Below, one piece after another: positions 16,973 to 23,433 of a stretch of DNA of 32,000 bases. How positions within the stretch are numbered: the first letter of the stretch is position 1; every line of letters starts with the position of its first letter. The stretch is from Megasphaera elsdenii DSM 20460 (lineage in GTDB: Bacteria > Bacillota > Negativicutes > Veillonellales > Megasphaeraceae), in contig NZ_CP027570.1 of assembly GCF_003010495.1 (NCBI RefSeq), positions 2,130,001-2,162,000 on the forward strand, read 5' to 3'. Position numbers and translations under genes: made by a program. The notes under the pieces were generated by a model. The model was not told the origin of the DNA. It saw only the letters and a list, made by a program, of their open reading frames with translations, and ran no database searches.

Positions 16973-18358
16973 ATGAGTCACGATATCAGCCGGCGGACTT
17001 TTTTGAAGCTCCTCGGCGGGGGACTGGCTGGGGCAGCTGCTGGCGGGGCTTTGGTGAAGCGCGAGGATATCCTGGCTTTTCTCGATGCCGATAAGGCTGC
17101 CGGGGCAGCCGGAACGGCCTTGGGAAAAGTCACGACGCGCTACTATAAGCCCCTCGGGAAAGACTTGTCTCTCCTGGGCTTTGGCTGCATGCGCCTGCCG
17201 ACGACCTTTACAGCGTCGGGCCGGGAAATAGATAAGGAATTAGGCGAGAAGATGGTCGATTTTGCCTATCGCCACGGCATCAATTATTTTGATACGGCCT
17301 GGTTCTACCACGACGGGAAGTCCGAAGCCTTCATCGGCCAGGCCTTGCAGAAATATCCCCGCGACACAGTCTATCTGGCCGACAAGATGCCGACGCCCAT
17401 CTTGACGGGACTCGATCAGGCAAAGGATATCTTCCAGACCCAGCTCGACCGCTGCCAAGTTGCGTATTTCGACAACTACATGCTTCATTCCCTGACCAGT
17501 CAGGACCAGTTCGATGAACTTTACATCCAAGACGGCATCCTGGACTACCTTCGCCAGGAAAAAGCCCGGGGCCGCATCCGTTGCCTGGGCTTTTCCTTCC
17601 ACGGTGACGTGCCCTTCTTTCATTATCTCCTGGACCAGTATGATTGGGATTTCTGCATGATCCAGCTCAACTATGCCGACTGGAACGAACCGGGCGAAGC
17701 GCCGGCAGGGAGCCGCCAGGCCGGGGACCTGTACCGCAAGTGCCGAGAAAAGGATGTCCCCATTTTCGTCATGGAACCGGTCAAAGGGGGCAACCTGGCC
17801 AATCTGTCATCGTCGGCAGAAGCCATCTTGAAGCAGCAGCGGCCAGAGGCCAGCATGGCGTCGTGGGCCCTGCGCTGGGTCGGCTCTAAAGAAGGGGTCA
17901 TCACCATGAATTCAGGCATGAGCAATTTGGAACAGGTCCTGGACAATATCCGGACCCTGAGCAATTTTCAGCCCTTATCGGCCGCCGAAGAGCGGGCTAT
18001 CCAGCGCTCCCTGGGGAAGGAAGCCGGCAGCGGGGCCATTCCCTGTACCTATTGCCGTTACTGTGAACCCTGCCCCTACGGTGTCGACATCGCCGGAGTC
18101 TTTCATATCTACAACCGTTATGGCGAACCGGCCGGAATCGACGTGGACCATCCCCAAGGGGCCTCGGCAGCACAGGAGAAAGTCTTCCTGGCCCATTATC
18201 AGAATAACCTGGAACGGCCGCAGCGCGCTTCCCACTGTACAGCCTGCGGCCGCTGTCTGCCCAAGTGTCCGCAGCATATCGACATCCCTAAGTACGTGCG
18301 GGCCATTGATGATGTTGTCCAATATTTCGGGCGCGATACAGGAAAGGGGATAGTGTAA
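16973..18358 (+). CDS. Aldo/keto reductase with a C-terminal Fe-S domain and an N-terminal twin-arginine signal
   Basis: The N-terminus MSHDISRRTFLKLLGGGLAGAAAGGA matches the Tat consensus S-R-R-x-F-L-K plus an h-region. AKR tetrad contexts are present: YFDTAWFYHDG (Asp, Tyr), YLADKM (Lys) and YMLHS (His). The C-terminus has CTYCRYCEPCP (CX2CX2CX2CP) and CTACGRCLPKCP (CX2CX2CX3CP). A GGAGGA SD lies 6 nt upstream. Confidence 0.9.
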   Translation: MSHDISRRTFLKLLGGGLAGAAAGGALVKREDILAFLDADKAAGAAGTALGKVTTRYYKPLGKDLSLLGFGCMRLPTTFTASGREIDKELGEKMVDFAYRHGINYFDTAWFYHDGKSEAFIGQALQKYPRDTVYLADKMPTPILTGLDQAKDIFQTQLDRCQVAYFDNYMLHSLTSQDQFDELYIQDGILDYLRQEKARGRIRCLGFSFHGDVPFFHYLLDQYDWDFCMIQLNYADWNEPGEAPAGSRQAGDLYRKCREKDVPIFVMEPVKGGNLANLSSSAEAILKQQRPEASMASWALRWVGSKEGVITMNSGMSNLEQVLDNIRTLSNFQPLSAAEERAIQRSLGKEAGSGAIPCTYCRYCEPCPYGVDIAGVFHIYNRYGEPAGIDVDHPQGASAAQEKVFLAHYQNNLERPQRASHCTACGRCLPKCPQHIDIPKYVRAIDDVVQYFGRDTGKGIV

Positions 18359-19816
18359 ATGCGGAACATGCTGCAACGGGGACGCATCGTTTTATCGTGG
18401 CTCCTGATGGGGGCCATGGTCCTGACCTTTGCTGGTATCGTAGCACCCGTGCTGCCGCAATGGCAGGTCCTGCCGGCTCTCTTGGCTGGGAATCTCCTGG
18501 TCATCGCCGTCATCATCGTCCTGACCCTGCTCCTGGGACGGATCTATTGCAGCGTCCTCTGTCCCTTGGGAATCAGCCAGGACTTCGTCTTCTGGCTGGC
18601 CAAACGGCGCAAAAAGAATCGCCGGAAATTTACTTTCCGGCGGGAACGGCGCATCGTGCGCTATAGTATCTTGATGTTGACCGGTCTGGCTTTCCTGGCC
18701 GGCTTGTCTGGTTTTGTGGGGCTGGTCGACCCGTACAGTATCTTTGGCCGCATCGTCCACGATGGACTGGGCCTGCCAGTTGCCTATGGCTGGAACGCTT
18801 TGGTCGGGGTCAACGAAAGCCACGGCTGGATTCCGGTGCTGAGCAAGACGGATATCCTCTGGCCGCCGCTGGCTGCCATGGCCCTGGCCGGGGTTTATTT
18901 CGTCGTCCTGACTGTCCTGGCCTGGCGCTATGGCCGAGCGTACTGCCATACTGTTTGCCCTGTCGGCACGCTGTTGGGAACCCTCAGCCGCTTCAGCCTG
19001 TTCCGGCCGGTCATCGACGGATCGCGCTGCACCCACTGCGGGGCCTGTGAAAAGACGTGCCGTTCGTCCTGCATCGACGTCGCCCATGGCTTCGTCGATA
19101 CCAGCCGCTGCGTCGACTGCTTCGACTGCGTTGCCGTCTGTCCGAAAGGGGCCTTAACCTTTTCCCGGACCCTTCCGGTCAAGCTTCCGGAAAAAAAGCT
19201 ATCTGGTGAAGGTATCAGCCGACGGGAGATGCTGCTGACGACGGCCGTTGCCGCCGGGACCATCGCCGCAGGTCTGGCCCGCAGCCAGACCGTTGTTCCA
19301 GCCTTGATGGGGACGGGGAAGGGGAAGAAGAAAATCTTGCCGCCTGGGGCCGTTTCAGCCGATGCTTTTGCTCAGCGCTGTACGGCCTGCCATCTCTGTG
19401 TCAGCCGCTGTCCCAGCGGCGTCCTGGTGCCGGCCGTCTTGGAGAACGGCGCCTTGCAGATGGGCCAGCCCTACATGGATTTTTCTAAAGGCTACTGTGT
19501 CTATAACTGCAACTTTTGTTCTCAAGCCTGCCCGGCCGGTGCCATCCGTCCGCTGGAGCTGGCCGTGAAAGAAAAGACAAAAATCGGCATCGCCCGTTAT
19601 GCCCAATTCCACTGTCTCATCGCCCGCGACGGCATAGTCTGCGGTAACTGTGCCCGCCATTGTCCCGTCCAGGCCATTACCCTGGTCGAGAACAAGGACG
19701 GGCGCAGCTACCCGCACGTCGATGGGGCGCGCTGTATCGGCTGCGGTTCCTGCGAGTATCACTGTCCGGCCAAACCGGCAGCTATTTCCGTCAGCACCTT
19801 GCCGAAATCTTCGTGA
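18359..19816 (+). CDS. Membrane polyferredoxin: NapH/MauN-like 4-TM module fused to a NapG/MauM-like module through an RR-preceded fifth TM segment
   Basis: Four hydrophobic segments are present, with CSVLCP (aa 64-69) and CHTVCP (aa 196-201) CX3CP motifs. Next come CTHCGACEKTC and CVDCFDCVAVCP. Then SRREMLLTTAVAAGTIAAGLA (aa 287-307) and ILPPGA. These are followed by CTACHLCVSRCP, CNFCSQACP, CGNCARHCP and CIGCGSCEYHCP. The ATG immediately follows the AKR stop. Confidence 0.85.
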   Translation: MRNMLQRGRIVLSWLLMGAMVLTFAGIVAPVLPQWQVLPALLAGNLLVIAVIIVLTLLLGRIYCSVLCPLGISQDFVFWLAKRRKKNRRKFTFRRERRIVRYSILMLTGLAFLAGLSGFVGLVDPYSIFGRIVHDGLGLPVAYGWNALVGVNESHGWIPVLSKTDILWPPLAAMALAGVYFVVLTVLAWRYGRAYCHTVCPVGTLLGTLSRFSLFRPVIDGSRCTHCGACEKTCRSSCIDVAHGFVDTSRCVDCFDCVAVCPKGALTFSRTLPVKLPEKKLSGEGISRREMLLTTAVAAGTIAAGLARSQTVVPALMGTGKGKKKILPPGAVSADAFAQRCTACHLCVSRCPSGVLVPAVLENGALQMGQPYMDFSKGYCVYNCNFCSQACPAGAIRPLELAVKEKTKIGIARYAQFHCLIARDGIVCGNCARHCPVQAITLVENKDGRSYPHVDGARCIGCGSCEYHCPAKPAAISVSTLPKSS

Positions 19817-19818
19817 CT

Positions 19819-20274
19819 TCAGTCTTCCGGGTCGGTGGCGATATCCGGTTCGTTCTTGCGGTTGAAGCCGATGATGCGGCGCGGCTTTTCAATGTCGTCG
19901 TGGCGGGGGACGGCGACGAGGAGCAGGTTGAGCTGGGAAATATGCTGGACCAGTTCGACGGCCGATCCGTCGGACAATTCGCCGTAAAAGACGATCATGT
20001 TCGGATCCCAGTAGCCGATATCCTGGATGCTGAAGGTGATATCGCCAGCTGATACCAGGCGGCCGCCGGCCTGCATGTCGTCGGGCAGGCCCGACTCAAA
20101 GTTGTTGATCAGGGCGACGATGCGCTGATACATGTCTGAGGCCAGGTAGGGCGCTTCCGGATCTTCGTCTTCTTCTGGAACGGCGCCGGGCTGGAGGATC
20201 GTCAGTTCCTTTTCGGCTTCCGCGTCTTTTTCGGGAGTTCCTTGTTGTTTTTTCTTATCCATTACGTCTGCCAT
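19819..20274 (-). CDS. Hypothetical acidic protein (151 aa)
   Basis: The ATG at 20274 has a GGAGGG SD 6 nt upstream. The composition looks coding, unlike the + strand ORF 19660..20052. I recognise no family. The stop lies 2 bp from the convergent stop at 19816. Confidence 0.7.
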   Translation of the reverse strand: MADVMDKKKQQGTPEKDAEAEKELTILQPGAVPEEDEDPEAPYLASDMYQRIVALINNFESGLPDDMQAGGRLVSAGDITFSIQDIGYWDPNMIVFYGELSDGSAVELVQHISQLNLLLVAVPRHDDIEKPRRIIGFNRKNEPDIATDPED

Positions 20275-20364
20275 AAAAATCCCTCCTTATCATTTTCACT
20301 ATATCATTTCGACATAGAAGGAGGCGATTCCTGCTGCTTTTTCTCAGGTGGCAGGATTTTTTTC

Positions 20365-20393
20365 TTGGAATCCCTATGCGGATATGGTATAAT
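20365..20393 (+). promoter_or_regulatory. Candidate promoter of the permease gene
   Basis: TTGGAA (20365-20370), a 17 nt spacer, then TGgTATAAT (20385-20393, extended -10). Confidence 0.55.
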
Positions 20394-20451
20394 GGTCCAG
20401 ACATGCTGACATCAGGTAACATATTTTCACACGAAAAGAGGTTTTTTCTTC

Positions 20452-21702
20452 ATGGAATATGTGAACGAGTTGGACACTATATCGGCCAGAGCTGCGCAAA
20501 AGGATGCGGCTCTCAAGGTACATCGTCTTACGTTTATGGAGGCTACGATGATGGTCGTCGGGTCTACCATAGGTTCCGGTGTTTTAGGTTTAGCTTTTGC
20601 CAGTCGCAATGCCGGCTGGCCTGTCCTGCTTACGTGGCTTGTCGTAGCAGGCTTTTTTTCTATCATCTCCATGCTCTATGTCGCTGAAGCGACGCTGCGG
20701 ACGACGAAGCCCTTGCAGCTGTCGGGCCTGGCAGAAAAGTACGTCGGCAAAATCGGTTCCTGGCTGATTTTCTTTTCCGTCGGGGCCACGTCTTTTTGCA
20801 GCCTTATCGCTTACACCAGCGGCTGCGGCAGGATATTGAGCGAATTTTTCGGTATTTCCCTGGAAATGGCCAGCTGCCTCTTTGCCCTCGGGGCGACGAG
20901 CGTCGTCTGGCTGGGCCTCAAGGCTACTGGGGTCGCTGAGAAATATTTGAGTTCAGGTATGACGGCCATGCTTATTCTTCTCGTCGGCGCGTCACTGTTT
21001 TCGGCCCGCGTACCTGTCGCAGATATTCTCTACGCCCATTGGACCTATGCCGTTCCGGTCTTCAATATCGCCGTCTTCTGCTATGCCGTCCAGTATATCG
21101 TTCCGGAAATCTCCCGGGGCTTCACGCATGACCCGGGGAAAATCGTCCCGTCCATCCTGGCCGGGGCCGGCATTTCCTTCGTCATCCTGGCTTTGGTCCC
21201 CTTGGCGGTCTTCCTCATGCTGCCAGTCGATGAAATTTCGGAAGTCGCCTCCCTGTCCTGGGGCCGTGCCCTGGGATCTCCGGTCTTCTTCGTCATCGTC
21301 AACGCTTTCGCTTTCTGTGCCATGCTCACATCGTTCTGGGCCATTGCCGAAAGCTTCTTGACCAATATGATCGACCGCCTGGGCTTTAAATCGGAAACGG
21401 ACATCCGTACGCGAGCCGGCTGCCTGGCCTTCATCGTCATCCCGCCAGTCCTCTTGGCTTACAGCGGCCTCGTCGGTTTCGTCAACGCCATCTTCAGCGC
21501 CGGCACCTTCGGCGGCATCATCATGTCCATCCTGCCCGTCTTCATGCTGCGCAGCGCCCGTAAACACGGCGACCACGCACCGTGCTGGAGATGCGGCTGG
21601 ATCGCTCACCCCATCATGCAGTTCCTCGTCGTCGTACTCTTTGCCAGTGCCGGCATCTACGCCATCTTTAGCCTATGCGGCTGGCTGCCTGCGGCGTGGT
21701 AG
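20452..21702 (+). CDS. Amino acid permease, Trp/Tyr (HAAAP) family-like
   Basis: The 416 aa polytopic protein contains TFMEATMMVVGSTIGSGVLGLAFASRNAGW...MLYVAEATL, which resembles the first TM pair of Mtr/TyrP/TnaB-type carriers. Substrate specificity cannot be read from the sequence. Confidence 0.8.
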   Translation: MEYVNELDTISARAAQKDAALKVHRLTFMEATMMVVGSTIGSGVLGLAFASRNAGWPVLLTWLVVAGFFSIISMLYVAEATLRTTKPLQLSGLAEKYVGKIGSWLIFFSVGATSFCSLIAYTSGCGRILSEFFGISLEMASCLFALGATSVVWLGLKATGVAEKYLSSGMTAMLILLVGASLFSARVPVADILYAHWTYAVPVFNIAVFCYAVQYIVPEISRGFTHDPGKIVPSILAGAGISFVILALVPLAVFLMLPVDEISEVASLSWGRALGSPVFFVIVNAFAFCAMLTSFWAIAESFLTNMIDRLGFKSETDIRTRAGCLAFIVIPPVLLAYSGLVGFVNAIFSAGTFGGIIMSILPVFMLRSARKHGDHAPCWRCGWIAHPIMQFLVVVLFASAGIYAIFSLCGWLPAAW

Positions 21703-21721
21703 GAAAATTAATTGCTCAAAA

Positions 21722-21754
21722 AGAGGTTGTCTTCAGCGGACAGCCTCTTTTTTC
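21722..21754 (+). terminator. Intrinsic terminator of the permease gene
   Basis: AGAGGTTGTC (21722-21731), loop TTCAGCG, GACAGCCTCT (21739-21748), then T6 (21749-21754). The stem carries one U-G pair. Confidence 0.8.
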
Positions 21755-21881
21755 TGTATCCCCACTGGGGAAAAACTGAAAATTTTTACAAAAAATATAC
21801 ATACATATGGTGACTTTCATGTATAATAAGGAGAGTATCAACTAGACAGCAACTATACCGTCAAGAAAAGTGGGGAGAATA

Positions 21882-23426
21882 ATGGAAAAACAAACCCGGA
21901 ATGTTTTCGGTATCATCCATATCGGGACGGTCAACATGACCTTGAAGGTCATTGCTTATTCGTCTTTGGACGACATGGAAATCATCGAAAATGTATCCCG
22001 AGAAGTGAAATATGGGGAAACGGTATTCCAGCGCCATCATGTCAGTTTTCAGTCTTTGAATGAAATCTGTCAGGTCCTGCTGGGGTTCCGCCAGCTCCTT
22101 CGCGATTACGATGTCAAGGATGTCCGAGTCTTGTCGACGACGGCTATTTGTGAGGCCGATAATTTGATCAATGTCCTCGACCAGATCCATATCCGCACGG
22201 GCTTCGATGTCGAAGTCATCCATATGACCAAGGAAATCTACTACAAGTTCTTTGGCCTTTATTATAATGTATTGAAAGGGAACTTTAATTTTGCCGATAA
22301 GGCCGTTATGCTCCTGGATATCACGTCCGGCGGCGTCGGCTTGACGTGCTGGAAGTCGGACCGCCTCTTGTTCCAGCAGAATATCCATATCGGTTCCTTG
22401 CGGATCCTGGAAAATTTCACGGAAAAGCAGCGCAATGAATTGACGTTCCCGACGGCCGTGCGCGAATATATTTACGGGACTCTCTATCCGCTCTGGAAGG
22501 GCGTCCAGCGGTATGATATCAAGTACATCGTCTTGTCCGGCCGCGGGGCCAATCTGGTGTCGCGCCTCATGGGCAAGACCAGTGAGAACGGGTTGTTCCT
22601 GATTACGCCCGATGAGCTGCGCCAGTTCGTCTATTCTTTTAAAGGCGTCACGCCGTTCAAGCTCATGCAGCGCTTCGGCCTGTCCCAGAACCTGGCCAAT
22701 GTCATCATGCCGACGATCCTCTTGTATTATGAACTGCTGCGCATCGTCGACATCGACATGCTGGTCGTCATGCCGACGACCTTCACCGAAGGCTATACCA
22801 TGTACTATGTAGCCGATAAGACCCATAATGATTATATGGCCCATCTCCAGGGCCTGCTCCTGGACATGATGCGCCGCATGGCCAAGAAGTATTTGTCCGA
22901 CTCCGCCCATTCCGCCCGCATCGAAGAATACGGCAACGTCCTCTTCCAGGCGCTGTACCAGTTCATCGGCCTCGATTACAGTTATAATTATCTGCTCCGC
23001 CTGGCCGCTATCTTCCACGAAACGGGGAAATTCATCAATATCCGCAAGCATAATCTTTGTACATACAACCTCATCATGGAAACGGACCTCTTCGGCCTGG
23101 CTGACGATGAAAAGGAAATCCTGGCGGCCGTCCTCTACTATGCCTTCGACGGCACCCTGCAGGAGGCATCACCGGTCTACCATGCCCTGACGCCGCGTCA
23201 GAAGGTCATTACGGCCAAACTGACGGCTATTTTCCGCCTGGCCGATTCCCTGGATAAGAGCCATTTGGGGAAAATCAGCGCCATCCGGGCTGAGCTCAAG
23301 GACGACCGACTCGTCGTCTCCTATACGGCAGAAGCCGATATTTCCCTGGAACGCTGGACATATCTGAAAATGGCCGTCGACTTTGCCGAAGTCTTTGGTA
23401 TTTCGACGGAATTAGTGAAAGGATAG
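21882..23426 (+). CDS. ppx: Ppx/GppA family exopolyphosphatase
   Basis: It has an N-terminal ASKHA-fold segment (FGIIHIGTVNMTLKVI, LLDITSGGVGLT) and a C-terminal HD-like segment (LRLAAIFHETGKFINIRKHNLCTYNLI). I preferred the ATG at 21882 (GGGGAG SD) over the track's GTG at 21870. It lies directly upstream of ppk. Confidence 0.88.
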   Translation: MEKQTRNVFGIIHIGTVNMTLKVIAYSSLDDMEIIENVSREVKYGETVFQRHHVSFQSLNEICQVLLGFRQLLRDYDVKDVRVLSTTAICEADNLINVLDQIHIRTGFDVEVIHMTKEIYYKFFGLYYNVLKGNFNFADKAVMLLDITSGGVGLTCWKSDRLLFQQNIHIGSLRILENFTEKQRNELTFPTAVREYIYGTLYPLWKGVQRYDIKYIVLSGRGANLVSRLMGKTSENGLFLITPDELRQFVYSFKGVTPFKLMQRFGLSQNLANVIMPTILLYYELLRIVDIDMLVVMPTTFTEGYTMYYVADKTHNDYMAHLQGLLLDMMRRMAKKYLSDSAHSARIEEYGNVLFQALYQFIGLDYSYNYLLRLAAIFHETGKFINIRKHNLCTYNLIMETDLFGLADDEKEILAAVLYYAFDGTLQEASPVYHALTPRQKVITAKLTAIFRLADSLDKSHLGKISAIRAELKDDRLVVSYTAEADISLERWTYLKMAVDFAEVFGISTELVKG

Positions 23427-23433
23427 GATAATC

